Positions 9,626 through 19,355 of a DNA stretch of 64,000 bases are shown piece by piece. A program made the translations under genes and the position numbers. Under the pieces are notes generated by a model. It was not told the origin of the DNA, did not search any database, and saw only the letters and a list, made by a program, of their open reading frames with translations. Position 1 is the stretch's first letter. Each line of letters begins with the position of its first letter. This stretch comes from an uncultured Methanosarcinales archaeon (GTDB lineage: Archaea > Nanobdellota > Nanobdellia > Woesearchaeales > JAGLXL01), in NCBI GenBank assembly GCA_964384425.1, contig CAYLKE010000002.1, forward strand, positions 10,365 to 74,364, written 5' to 3'.

Positions 9626-10754
9626 CTTTACTTAAAAATTCCATAAATGCTTTTTTATTTTCAATAGGGGTAGTGGTTGGTCTTCCTAAATCTTTTCTTG
9701 CTCCTTTATTTACTTTAATTTCAAGTAATGCAGGACCTTCACATTCTTTAAGGATTTTTATTTTCTCTTTCAACTGAGATTCTGTTTCACAACTCATTAT
9801 TTCTTTGTAATTACATCCTTGTGCAATTTTTTCAAAATCCATTGTTTCTGCAACTGTTGGTTGCCCTCCAACTGAATCATGAGCACAATTATTGAAAATA
9901 ATGTGTTTAAAGTTTTTAGGTTCTAATGCTCCAGTAATTCCCATTGATCCCATATGCATTAATGCTGCTCCATCCCCATCAAAACAATATACTTGTTTAT
10001 TTGGTTTTTGCAATGCAATTCCTAATGCAATGGATGAACTATGTCCCATTGACCCAACTGTTAAAAAATCATTTGCATGTCCTTGACTTTTTTCTTCTCT
10101 GTATTCAAATAATTCTCGAGAAGTTTTCCCAGTAGTTGAAACAATAACTGCATCTAATCCTATTTCATTTGCAACAATTTTTACTGCATCTTCTCTACTC
10201 ATATCATATTGACAAATTGAATTAGCTTTTTCTGCTGAATATGATTCAAATAATCCTTTTCTTACAATTAAAGCATAAGGCTCATTTGTTTCTTTGATTT
10301 TACTTACTGCTGTATCAATTGTTTCTTTTGCTTTATCAATTTCATCAGATAATATTTCATATTTCATTCCAATTGCATCTAATAATCCAGTAGTAACCAT
10401 TCCTTGTTTTTTATGTTGAGGTTCATCTTTTTTACCTGGTTCTCCCCTCCATCCAATTAAAAGTAACATTGGGATATTATATACTTCTTTATCTGTTAAA
10501 GAAATTAATGGATTCATACAATTTCCTTGTCCAGAATTTTGCATATAAACTATTCCTATTTTATTAGTTGCAAGATGATAACCTGCTGCTAATGCAATTG
10601 CATTTCCTTCATTTGCTGCAATTATGTTATTTTTCTCTTCAACATTATCTAATAAATAAGCACAAAAATCTTTTAGTAATGAGTCTGGAACACCCGTGTA
10701 AAAGTTTACTTCTTTTTCTTTTAGTTTTTTATAAAAATCTTTACAATTTATCAT
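9618..10754 (-). CDS. ppd: Phosphonopyruvate decarboxylase (ThDP-dependent)
   Basis: It has the ThDP motif GDGAALMHMGS...NN and the size (378 aa) and layout of the Ppd/sulfopyruvate decarboxylase family. It is assigned to Ppd because it lies adjacent to PEP mutase. Confidence 0.8.
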   Translation of the reverse strand: MINCKDFYKKLKEKEVNFYTGVPDSLLKDFCAYLLDNVEEKNNIIAANEGNAIALAAGYHLATNKIGIVYMQNSGQGNCMNPLISLTDKEVYNIPMLLLIGWRGEPGKKDEPQHKKQGMVTTGLLDAIGMKYEILSDEIDKAKETIDTAVSKIKETNEPYALIVRKGLFESYSAEKANSICQYDMSREDAVKIVANEIGLDAVIVSTTGKTSRELFEYREEKSQGHANDFLTVGSMGHSSSIALGIALQKPNKQVYCFDGDGAALMHMGSMGITGALEPKNFKHIIFNNCAHDSVGGQPTVAETMDFEKIAQGCNYKEIMSCETESQLKEKIKILKECEGPALLEIKVNKGARKDLGRPTTTPIENKKAFMEFLSKDD

Positions 10755-10769
10755 TTTTCTTTCCTCTAT

Positions 10770-12068
10770 TTATTTCTCTGGTATTAACCTTAATATCTCC
10801 TTAATAGATAAGCAGTGTTCTCCTGCTTCATGACATCTTTCATTTGTTAAAATAGATTCAGCAGTTCTTACCATAGATGGATAAGCACTTCTAAGAAGAT
10901 GGTTAGCGTAAATAACAACACTTATTCCTGCTTTATTTAATTCCTTTTCTGAAATATGTCCATATGCAGTTGGAACTGCAATCAATGGAATTTTATTTTC
11001 AAATTGATTATATCTTTTACAAAATTCCATTAGTTCTGCTGTATCTGAATCTTTACTATGAATCATTATTGCATCAGCTCCCGCATTGATGTATGAATTT
11101 GCTCTAATCAAAGCATCTTCAACACCTTTTTTTAAAATAAGACTTTCAATTCTAGCGATAACCATAAAATCATCAGTAATTTGTGCTTTTTTACCAAGGG
11201 TTATCTTTTGTGAAAAAGCTTGAACAGTATCTTGTGTTTGTTGAACATCTGTTCCAAAAAGGGAATTTTTCTTTGCCCCAATTTTATCCTCTATAATGAC
11301 AGCAGAAACCCCCAATCTTTCTAATGTTTTAACCATAAAAGTAAAATGTTCTGGCAATCCTCCATTATCCCCATCAACAATTAATGGTTTAGTTGTTACT
11401 TCGAAAACTTCATTAATGGTATTAGTTCTAGATGAAAAATCAACACAACCAGTATCAGGTTTTCCTTTTGCAGTTGAATCTGTCAAACTACTTAGCCACA
11501 TTGCGTCAAATTCTTTAATTTTAACACCATCATTTATTTTTGTAGTTTCAACAATTCTTCCTGTTAGCCCATTATGGACTTCTAAAACTCTAACAATATC
11601 TTTTAATTCAAGCAATCTTCTAAGTTTCTTTCTTCTTACTTCTGGAGTTGTTCCTTTGTCAACAACATGTTTAATTATTTTTGTAGATGAAATATCTGGT
11701 GTGTATTCTGGTTCAACTAATTCTCCATCCCATTCTTTTAATGTTTCGATAACTCTTTCTCTTGTCTTTTTCTGAACACCTTCTCTCCAATCTGTTCCAT
11801 GAACAACATAATCTGGTTTTAATAATTTTAAGTTAGGAACATAATCTAATGTGTCTTGAGGAATTACACTTGTAACTCCTTTGATATTTTCAATAACTGC
11901 TTTTCTTTTTTCATAATCTAAAAAAGGAATTCTTTTGTAACTTGCAATTGCTTTATCTGTAAGAAGACCTATAGTTACATTACCTAACTTTCTAGCTTCT
12001 TTAATGATATTCAAATGGCCATGATGTATTATATCTCCACACATCCCAATATATACTTTTTTTGTCAT
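10770..12068 (-). CDS. pepM: Fusion protein: HxGH-type cytidylyltransferase (TagD/ECT-like) plus phosphoenolpyruvate mutase
   Basis: The N-terminal part has GDIIHHGH and ISSTKII, which are cytidylyltransferase signatures. The C-terminal part has [21 protein letters not shown] and the PepM-discriminating EDKX5NS motif ([10 protein letters not shown], nt 11262-11291). Confidence 0.9.
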   Translation of the reverse strand: MTKKVYIGMCGDIIHHGHLNIIKEARKLGNVTIGLLTDKAIASYKRIPFLDYEKRKAVIENIKGVTSVIPQDTLDYVPNLKLLKPDYVVHGTDWREGVQKKTRERVIETLKEWDGELVEPEYTPDISSTKIIKHVVDKGTTPEVRRKKLRRLLELKDIVRVLEVHNGLTGRIVETTKINDGVKIKEFDAMWLSSLTDSTAKGKPDTGCVDFSSRTNTINEVFEVTTKPLIVDGDNGGLPEHFTFMVKTLERLGVSAVIIEDKIGAKKNSLFGTDVQQTQDTVQAFSQKITLGKKAQITDDFMVIARIESLILKKGVEDALIRANSYINAGADAIMIHSKDSDTAELMEFCKRYNQFENKIPLIAVPTAYGHISEKELNKAGISVVIYANHLLRSAYPSMVRTAESILTNERCHEAGEHCLSIKEILRLIPEK

Positions 12069-12649
12069 TTTTTTTCACCACCTTTATGTATTTTAAATAT
12101 TTTTTTGATTATGTTTTCTGTTGATAATTTTTCATAGAATTCTGGTTGTACAATCTTTGCATTAATTTCTTTTATATATTTTTTTCCAGGAATATTTTGC
12201 CAATTAGAACCATAAATAACTATAACTTCAGCATTAGGAAATTGATTTTTAATTTTTCTTAAATTTTCAGTAGGATCAAATTCATTTTGATTCATAACCA
12301 TATCAACACACTGTAATGCAGATACAATGTTTTTTCTTTCTTTAAAATCAGCAATAGGTTCTTCTTTATATGTCTTTATTGCTTCATTTGTTAAAACCCC
12401 ACATATATGAAAATCTCCTAATTCATTTGCTTTTTGCAATAATCTTAAATGTCCATAATGAAATAAATCTGCAGTAACAGATGAGTAAACTATTGTTTTA
12501 GTTTTAATTTTTTCAATATCAACTACTTCCCCTTCTTTTATACCAGAATTCTTTGGAATTGTAACACACAATTGCCCATTTGATTTATTTATCCATATTT
12601 GTTTTTTCATATATAACATCCCATTTACTATTAACACTAGTATTAACAT
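12065..12649 (-). CDS. Cytidylyltransferase-family protein with N-terminal AbrB/SpoVT-like segment
   Basis: It has ADLFHYGH (HxGH) and LSTENII motifs. The N-terminal [18 protein letters not shown] resembles a swapped-hairpin AbrB domain. An alternative ATG at 12610 (MKKQIW) may be the true start. Confidence 0.7.
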   Translation of the reverse strand: MLILVLIVNGMLYMKKQIWINKSNGQLCVTIPKNSGIKEGEVVDIEKIKTKTIVYSSVTADLFHYGHLRLLQKANELGDFHICGVLTNEAIKTYKEEPIADFKERKNIVSALQCVDMVMNQNEFDPTENLRKIKNQFPNAEVIVIYGSNWQNIPGKKYIKEINAKIVQPEFYEKLSTENIIKKIFKIHKGGEKK

Positions 12650-12695
12650 TTTATTTATAAATATTATGTAAATATATAATATATCACAAAATAAA

Positions 12696-13994
12696 TTAAA
12701 GTAATTTATTTACGTAATTAAGAACATCATCCAAAGTATTATCTTCACCTTCAGACTTAATCTTAACAGGCTTAACAATCTTATTTATTTTATCAAATAT
12801 TTTCTCTTGCCTATATAAATCTTCAATAGGATGATCTTTTTTTCTAACAAATAGGATCTGAGGATCATTGTATAGGTAAAATGTTATTGTTGGTTTTGGA
12901 AAAAACCAAAATAAAAATCTCTTTAAAAACATAGGAACTTTATTTGTTAATAGTACGTCTGTTGTATATCTATCTGTTATAACAAAATCATGTGTTTTTC
13001 TTGCAGGAAATATTTTGAAAAAATATCTTAATAACAAATCAAATGCAAAAACAGGAGCAGCCAAAGTATGGATTATACTAAATTTTTTCCTTCCCTTGCC
13101 TTCTGCACCCAAACTTGTTTTTCCACCTATTTTTTTATACCTCTTACCAAAAAAATGAATAGGAAGAATATTATTTCTTCCCCTACCAGTATAAATTCTT
13201 TTTACTTTAAAATTATTTTTTTTAAGTACTTGTATGAAATTATTTGAAGTTGTTGTTTTACCACTTCCATCCATTCCTATGAATGCAATCAAAGGCTTAC
13301 TTTTTCTAAACCAATTTAATTTCCATAATCCTCCAAAAAAATATAATCTGAATATCCAATACAATTTAAAGGGATAATTTTTAATAAAATAATTGTAAAT
13401 ATTTCTAGCCTCTTTCTCAATTAATTCATATCTATGTTTTTTAATATTGTTAATAACAAATATAGAATATTTTCTTCCAATTTTTTTATTTAATATCTTT
13501 TCAATATAATCCCAATTAATATTTTCTTTTTTTAATCTTTCAATATCATCTATGTAATCTTTTCTAAATCTTTTTTTATCTAAAATACTATGTAACAAAA
13601 TAATTAATAATTCATCATTAAAAGAACTAACATAAAAAAAACCTATTTTTCTTTTATGTTTTAATATATTTTTTGAATCTAAATATCTTAAATTACTACC
13701 TGTTATCCCATCAACATGTATATGAAAAAACAATCTTTTCTTTTCTTTAACAAAAAATTTATGGTACCCTAAATGATTAGAAAATGGATTTATGGGAATT
13801 CTCTTAAAATTAAAATTCTCAAATATTTTCTTAATTTTAGCTACATCTTTTCTCTCCACACAGAGATCAATGTCTTTTCCATCATATATCTTGTTTTCTA
13901 ATAAAAAGCCATAATTTCTAGAAATAACATATCTCACATTGTTTTTCTCAAAATTATCCAAAACTTTTTTAATCTCTTTTATGAATTCAATCAT
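12696..13994 (-). CDS. Fusion protein: N-terminal Pol-beta-type nucleotidyltransferase-like domain plus C-terminal thymidylate-kinase-like P-loop kinase
   Basis: The N-terminal part has a GKDIDLCV NTase-like acidic motif. The C-terminal part has Walker A GMDGSGKTT and a DRY segment (ITDRYTTD) like dTMP kinases. Confidence 0.5.
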   Translation of the reverse strand: MIEFIKEIKKVLDNFEKNNVRYVISRNYGFLLENKIYDGKDIDLCVERKDVAKIKKIFENFNFKRIPINPFSNHLGYHKFFVKEKKRLFFHIHVDGITGSNLRYLDSKNILKHKRKIGFFYVSSFNDELLIILLHSILDKKRFRKDYIDDIERLKKENINWDYIEKILNKKIGRKYSIFVINNIKKHRYELIEKEARNIYNYFIKNYPFKLYWIFRLYFFGGLWKLNWFRKSKPLIAFIGMDGSGKTTTSNNFIQVLKKNNFKVKRIYTGRGRNNILPIHFFGKRYKKIGGKTSLGAEGKGRKKFSIIHTLAAPVFAFDLLLRYFFKIFPARKTHDFVITDRYTTDVLLTNKVPMFLKRFLFWFFPKPTITFYLYNDPQILFVRKKDHPIEDLYRQEKIFDKINKIVKPVKIKSEGEDNTLDDVLNYVNKLL

Positions 13995-14046
13995 AACTAT
14001 GTTAAAATAAGATTATTTAAAAGTTTAACTATTATAGGAAATAATA

Positions 14047-15516
14047 ATGGACAAATATAAGAAAATATCTTGGGAATTTTTTACATCTTATTTACTGCAA
14101 GGACTCAGTGTTTTATTAGGTTTTTTGGCATTTCCTATTATTACAAGATATTTGACTGTTAAAGAATATGGTTTTTATTCTGTTCTTATTGTAACATTTA
14201 CTTTAATAATTAGTAGTATTGATTTTGGACTTAAGAACTTTATTCAAAGAGATTTAACTTCCAAATCTGAAAAATATAAATTAAATAAAATGTCTATATT
14301 CAATACTTTTTTTTTAATCACTTCAGGTATTTACATCTTATTATTTGTAATATTTCAAATAATTAATTATATCTTTTTGTCTATTGATATGTATTTAGTT
14401 ACATATTTTTTCTTTTCAATGATTTTTGCAAATTATTTTGGAATATTTAGTTTTTATCTAACATCTAGAATAGAATTAATAAAAAGTAAGATTCTAAATT
14501 TTTTAAATGCTGATTTATGGTTAATCATACTTATAGTATTTATTATATTTTCATCTAAATTAACAATAAAAAGTATTTTCATAATTAAACTGCTTGCATC
14601 AGTCCTAAGTTTGATTTTCATCATATTAATTATAAAAAATAAGAATAAAATATTCACATTTAAATTCAATAAAAAATATTTGGTTAAAGCATTAGAATAC
14701 TCATTTCCTTTTGTTCCTATGTTAATATCACAATGGGTTATAACCGCTAGTGACAGATATTTAATAAAAATTTTTTCTAATAATACTCAACTAGGATATT
14801 ACTCATACATATATACTCTTGTTGCTTTTATTTCAATTACTGGAAAACAGATATCTTCAATATTATTAACTTACATAATAGAAGCTAAAAATAAAAAAGA
14901 TCATGCTAAAAGTAACTTTTTATTTAATGCGAACTTAAAGTATTCTTTGATGATAGTTATTCCTGGTATTTTGGGATTATTAATTTTAAGAAAAGAAATT
15001 GTTATATTATTATCAGGAACAAAATATTTACCAGCATTATACGTTTTACCAATACTTTTATTTTATCCCTTATTCAGAATAATCAACATAAATTTTCAAA
15101 GTATATTGATGATTCAAAACAAAACAAAATTGATTAGTAAAATCTATATTGTTGGCATGGTACTAAATATCATATTAAATTTTGTTCTTGTTCCTTTTTA
15201 TGGAATTCTGGGGGCTTCTATTGCCACAATTACAACATATTTTTTGATGACGATAATGTTTTATTCTATATCAAAAAAATACTTTAAACCATTTTATCGC
15301 TTTAATTTTAAATTTTTACGTATTGAAAGAATAATATTTTCATCATTACTAATGGCAGCAGTGTTATTTTTTATAGAACCAACAACCCCTATAGCTAAAA
15401 TATCAACAATATTTTTTGGAGCAGGAATTTATTTTTTTTTGTTATTAATAACAGGATTCTTTATCAAAGACGAATTGTCACTAATTAAAAATCTCATTAA
15501 ATCACCTTTTTATTAA
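14047..15516 (+). CDS. Polysaccharide/oligosaccharide flippase (MOP superfamily, Wzx-like)
   Basis: The 489-aa protein has roughly 12-14 hydrophobic helices, and its length and topology are typical of Wzx/MurJ-like flippases. It lies inside the glycan island. Confidence 0.65.
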   Translation: MDKYKKISWEFFTSYLLQGLSVLLGFLAFPIITRYLTVKEYGFYSVLIVTFTLIISSIDFGLKNFIQRDLTSKSEKYKLNKMSIFNTFFLITSGIYILLFVIFQIINYIFLSIDMYLVTYFFFSMIFANYFGIFSFYLTSRIELIKSKILNFLNADLWLIILIVFIIFSSKLTIKSIFIIKLLASVLSLIFIILIIKNKNKIFTFKFNKKYLVKALEYSFPFVPMLISQWVITASDRYLIKIFSNNTQLGYYSYIYTLVAFISITGKQISSILLTYIIEAKNKKDHAKSNFLFNANLKYSLMIVIPGILGLLILRKEIVILLSGTKYLPALYVLPILLFYPLFRIININFQSILMIQNKTKLISKIYIVGMVLNIILNFVLVPFYGILGASIATITTYFLMTIMFYSISKKYFKPFYRFNFKFLRIERIIFSSLLMAAVLFFIEPTTPIAKISTIFFGAGIYFFLLLITGFFIKDELSLIKNLIKSPFY

Positions 15517-15567
15517 ATGACATAAGAAAAGATAGAAGAATATTCAATAAATATAATAAAATAAGAA

Positions 15568-16455
15568 TTAATAAAAAAAATTCTGGAAGTAAACAACCCC
15601 CACCATATAAACTCCCCATAACATAACATTCAACACCATCATCTTATCTTTTAAGAATATCATTGTAGGGGATTCTGCTTTGTCAGACATAAGAGTTAAA
15701 TATACATACCTCATAAGTCCATAAAAGACAAATAAGAAAGATGCAGCAAGAAGATGAGCATTAACACTTAATCTGTTCTCTAAACACCATAGTAAATAAA
15801 TTGTTAATGTAAGTCCTGCAGAAAACACCAACATCATCTTAAGAAAATCTAGATTATATTTCTTCAAGACTTCTCTTTTATGTTCATCATTTCTTACAAG
15901 TTCAGAATATCTTTTAGCTATTGTAATCATAATAGCTAATGTGAATGTGACTGCTAATATCCAAGGACTAATTCCAACATTTATTGCAAATATCCCTGCT
16001 AACACCCTTAACACATAACCTGTTGAAACAACAACCAAATCCAATATAACTTCATTTTTTAACCATAAACTATAAAATATATTTATAAAAATATACAATA
16101 AGATAATACTCCATACTAATTTATTAATAAAATAAGAAAAAACTATTGAAAAAACAAATAAAAACAAAATTAAAATATAACCTTGCCACATCTTAACCTT
16201 TCCAGAAGCCAATGGCCGCGTTCTTTTTTTAGGATGTTTTTTATCATATTCTACATCGATAAAATCATTAAAAACATAAACACCAGAACTAGTCAAACAA
16301 AAAACAGCAAATACAATCAAAGATAAGATAATTTTATCTTGAACAAATAAATTACCAGAAAAAACCAATCCGCCAAATACAAAGAAATTTTTAATCCATT
16401 GATGTGGACGCATTAGTTTTACAAAATCTTTAATTACCATTAACCTATTAATCAT
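15568..16455 (-). CDS. UbiA-family polyprenyl-phosphate phosphoribosyltransferase (Rv3806c/DPPR-synthase-like)
   Basis: It has the motif series RPHQWIKN, NDFIDVEYDKKHPKKRTRPLASG, YVLRVLAG and AKRYSEL in the same order as I recall for mycobacterial decaprenyl-phosphate phosphoribosyltransferase. Confidence 0.7.
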   Translation of the reverse strand: MINRLMVIKDFVKLMRPHQWIKNFFVFGGLVFSGNLFVQDKIILSLIVFAVFCLTSSGVYVFNDFIDVEYDKKHPKKRTRPLASGKVKMWQGYILILFLFVFSIVFSYFINKLVWSIILLYIFINIFYSLWLKNEVILDLVVVSTGYVLRVLAGIFAINVGISPWILAVTFTLAIMITIAKRYSELVRNDEHKREVLKKYNLDFLKMMLVFSAGLTLTIYLLWCLENRLSVNAHLLAASFLFVFYGLMRYVYLTLMSDKAESPTMIFLKDKMMVLNVMLWGVYMVGVVYFQNFFY

Positions 16456-16517
16456 AATAATTTTTATAAATATTATTAAAAATAAACATAACTACTAGAA
16501 AATGGGTGATGGATGAA

Positions 16518-16523
16518 GGAGGT
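16518..16523 (+). promoter_or_regulatory. Shine-Dalgarno site (GGAGGT) for the SDR gene at 16529
   Basis: GGAGGT lies 5 nt upstream of the ATG and is complementary to the archaeal 16S 3' end (..AUCACCUCC). Confidence 0.5.
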
Positions 16524-16528
16524 CAGAT

Positions 16529-17572
16529 ATGAAAAAAACATTAGCAATCACAGGAGGAGCTGGTTTCTTAGGATACCATCTTTGTAATCATTTAAAAAAT
16601 AAATATAAAGAAATAAGAGTTATTGATAGACAAAAACTAAATCCAAATGAATATCCAAAAAATGTTAAATTTTACAACTTTGACATTAGAGATCACAAAG
16701 ATCTTGTAAAGGCATTCGAAGGAGTGGATGAAATAATTCATGCCGCAGCTGCTCTTCCGTTATGGAAGAAAAAAGAGATTTATTCTGTAAATGTTAAAGG
16801 AACAAAAAGTGTTCTTGACGCTGCTATGAAAAATAAAATCAAAAGAATGGTTCTTATATCTTCAACAGCAGTTTATGGTGTTCCAGATAAACATCCACTT
16901 TATGAAAATGATAAATTAATTGGAGTAGGTCCTTATGGAATTACAAAAATTAAAAAAGAAAAACTTGCAGACAGATACAGAAAAAAAGGAATGTTTATCA
17001 CAACAATTCGTCCAAAAACATTTATTGGAACAGGAAGACTAGGTGTTTTCCAAATTTTATATGATTGGGTAGAAAGTGGAACCAAAATACCTATAATTGG
17101 AAAAGGAAAAAATAGATATCAGTTATTGGAAGTAACTGATTTATGCGAAGCAATTTATTTATCATTAAAATCAAGAAACAAAAAAGCTAATGGGGTGTTT
17201 AACATTGGAGCAGATAACTTTGGAACTGTAAAACATGATGTAGGGGCATTATGTGAATATGCAAGCAATGGATCTCGAACATTATCATTTCCAGTTTGGA
17301 TGGTTTTGCCAGTGTTAGAAGTTGCATGGTGGTTCAGAATGTCTCCTTTATACAAATGGGTTTATGGAACAGCATATAAAGATTCATTTGTATCAGTAGA
17401 TAAAGCAAAGGAAATTCTTAAATGGAAACCTAAATATAGTAATGCAGAAGCTTTAATCAGATCATATGAATGGTATTTAGAACATAAAGACGAACTTAAG
17501 GGAGAAGAAGGAGTTACTCACAGAGTTGCTTGGAAACAAGGAATATTAGGAATAGCTAAGAAATTTTTGTAA
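16529..17572 (+). CDS. NAD-dependent epimerase/dehydratase (extended SDR, 3-beta-HSD-like)
   Basis: It has the TGGAGFLG Rossmann motif and a YGITK catalytic YxxxK. Confidence 0.8.
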   Translation: MKKTLAITGGAGFLGYHLCNHLKNKYKEIRVIDRQKLNPNEYPKNVKFYNFDIRDHKDLVKAFEGVDEIIHAAAALPLWKKKEIYSVNVKGTKSVLDAAMKNKIKRMVLISSTAVYGVPDKHPLYENDKLIGVGPYGITKIKKEKLADRYRKKGMFITTIRPKTFIGTGRLGVFQILYDWVESGTKIPIIGKGKNRYQLLEVTDLCEAIYLSLKSRNKKANGVFNIGADNFGTVKHDVGALCEYASNGSRTLSFPVWMVLPVLEVAWWFRMSPLYKWVYGTAYKDSFVSVDKAKEILKWKPKYSNAEALIRSYEWYLEHKDELKGEEGVTHRVAWKQGILGIAKKFL

Positions 17573-17573
17573 A

Positions 17574-18062
17574 ATGAATATTAAAAAAATAATAAAATTC
17601 AGTGAAAGAATATTTGATGTGTTTATGAAAGACTTTTCATCAATAGGAAGTATGGTTTTCTATGGGTTGGTTATGATTATGTTTTTTATATTAGAATTTT
17701 ACAAAATAAGTTTATTTCTTTTGTTGAGTTTTATTTTATTGTCATCGATTACAATTATTATTAGATCAATTTATTTTAAAACTCGTCCTAATGTAATGAA
17801 ACACAATTCATTCTTTGAAAGACTAGATGCTTCATCTTTTCCAAGTGTACATTCTGCAAGAATTATTGTATTGTTTTTAACATATTTATTTTTCTTTGAA
17901 ATTAATTTATCTATTACAATAGTTTTAGGAGCAATAACATTATGTGTTCTGTATAGCAGAATCTATCTCAAAAAACATTATTTGATTGATGTGGTGTTTG
18001 GGGTTTTGAATGGATTTGTTGTGGGAGTTATTGTTAATTATTTGGTAGGGAAATTATTATGA
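17574..18062 (+). CDS. PAP2-family (type 2 phosphatidic acid phosphatase) membrane phosphatase
   Basis: All three PAP2 motifs are present: KTRP, PSVHS and SRIYLKKHYLID. Confidence 0.85.
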   Translation: MNIKKIIKFSERIFDVFMKDFSSIGSMVFYGLVMIMFFILEFYKISLFLLLSFILLSSITIIIRSIYFKTRPNVMKHNSFFERLDASSFPSVHSARIIVLFLTYLFFFEINLSITIVLGAITLCVLYSRIYLKKHYLIDVVFGVLNGFVVGVIVNYLVGKLL

Positions 18063-19336
18063 AAAAGATAATGATTTTAGGTGGAGGTTTAAGTGGTTTA
18101 GCTGCTGCATTAAAATTAAAAAAAGCAAATAACAACTTAGATATAACTCTTCTTGAGAAAAAACCATTTTTTGGAGGATTAGCAGCATCATTCAAACATA
18201 AAGAATATGAAATACCTTACTTCTACCACCACATAATTGAAAGCAATCATCTTACAAAAGAATATTTAAAAAAATATGAGTTATTGAAAGGATGTAAATG
18301 GTCTCCTATAAAAATGGCTATTGGAAATAAAGGCAAGCTTTTCAATATTAACTCTATAAAAGGACTATTAACATATAATGGGCTTTCATTATGGGGGAAA
18401 TTTAGATTTGGATTATTTGGATTATATGTGATATTTTTAATGAATCCTTCCAAATTAGATGGAAAATTAAATGCAGAAAAATGGCTATCAAAGTATGCTG
18501 GAAAAGAAGTAACTAAAAAAATCTTTTATAACTTACAAGCAAGAAATAAATTTAACATACCTCTAAGTGATATATCGGCGAAACAACTAGCAAATAGATT
18601 AAATGAAAAAGAAATTTATGATAAATTTACATATCCAAAAAAAGGATTAAATAAATTAATTGATGGAATGGTAAATGATGCTAAGAAATTAGGCATAAAA
18701 GTTCTTGATAATGTTAATATAAAAAAAATTAATCTAAAAACTAAGAAAATAGAATACAAAAAAATGAGAAAAAGAGAAAAAGAAAATTATGATATATTGA
18801 TAAATACTATTCCTGTTCAGGAATTTTCAAAAATATCAAATCTTCCAACAGAATATAATAAAAAAATGAATTCTGTTAAATATTGTCCAGCAGTTGTTAT
18901 AATATTTGGTACAGAAAAATTTCTGGATAAAAAACATTATTGGATAAATCTATTTAATGAACAACCCCACATAATAATGCAACATTCAATATTATGTGAT
19001 AAATATCCTTGGAAAGTTAGTTGGATACTTAGATATGGGGGAAGTGAAGAAGATCTTGATAAGAGTGATAAACAGATAAAAGAAGAATATTTTAAATCTC
19101 TTAAAAAATATTTTCCTTCTGTAAAAATTAAATGGGCTAAAGTTTTTAGAGAGAAATATGGTGAACCAATTTATGATAAGAATTATTCTAAATATATGCC
19201 ACACCATAGAACACCAGTCAAAGATTTGTATATGTCTGGAATACAAGTAACATATCCAAAAATTAGGAATATGAACATTGCATTGAAAAGTGGAGAAAAT
19301 GTTGCAAAGATTGTGTTGAAAGATCTGAATAAATAA
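18059..19336 (+). CDS. FAD/NAD(P)-binding oxidoreductase (amine-oxidase / UDP-galactopyranose-mutase-like Rossmann class)
   Basis: The N-terminal ILGGGLSGLAAA dinucleotide-binding motif is followed by LEKKPFFGGLA. Its start overlaps the PAP2 stop by 4 nt. Confidence 0.7.
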   Translation: MKKIMILGGGLSGLAAALKLKKANNNLDITLLEKKPFFGGLAASFKHKEYEIPYFYHHIIESNHLTKEYLKKYELLKGCKWSPIKMAIGNKGKLFNINSIKGLLTYNGLSLWGKFRFGLFGLYVIFLMNPSKLDGKLNAEKWLSKYAGKEVTKKIFYNLQARNKFNIPLSDISAKQLANRLNEKEIYDKFTYPKKGLNKLIDGMVNDAKKLGIKVLDNVNIKKINLKTKKIEYKKMRKREKENYDILINTIPVQEFSKISNLPTEYNKKMNSVKYCPAVVIIFGTEKFLDKKHYWINLFNEQPHIIMQHSILCDKYPWKVSWILRYGGSEEDLDKSDKQIKEEYFKSLKKYFPSVKIKWAKVFREKYGEPIYDKNYSKYMPHHRTPVKDLYMSGIQVTYPKIRNMNIALKSGENVAKIVLKDLNK

Positions 19337-19355
19337 AATAATTTCAATAATTAAA

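Noticed and set aside
11296-11775. 159-aa plus-strand ORF
   Set aside because: It is antisense to the PepM fusion gene, which has clear catalytic motifs. It is a shadow ORF.
12696-13994. Candidate MpnS/HEPD (the missing 2-HEP-processing dioxygenase), considered because of its size (432 aa) and position next to the phosphonate operon
   Set aside because: The sequence shows a Walker A/DRY kinase domain and an NTase-like motif. It has no cupin His/Glu or His/Gln iron-binding pattern.
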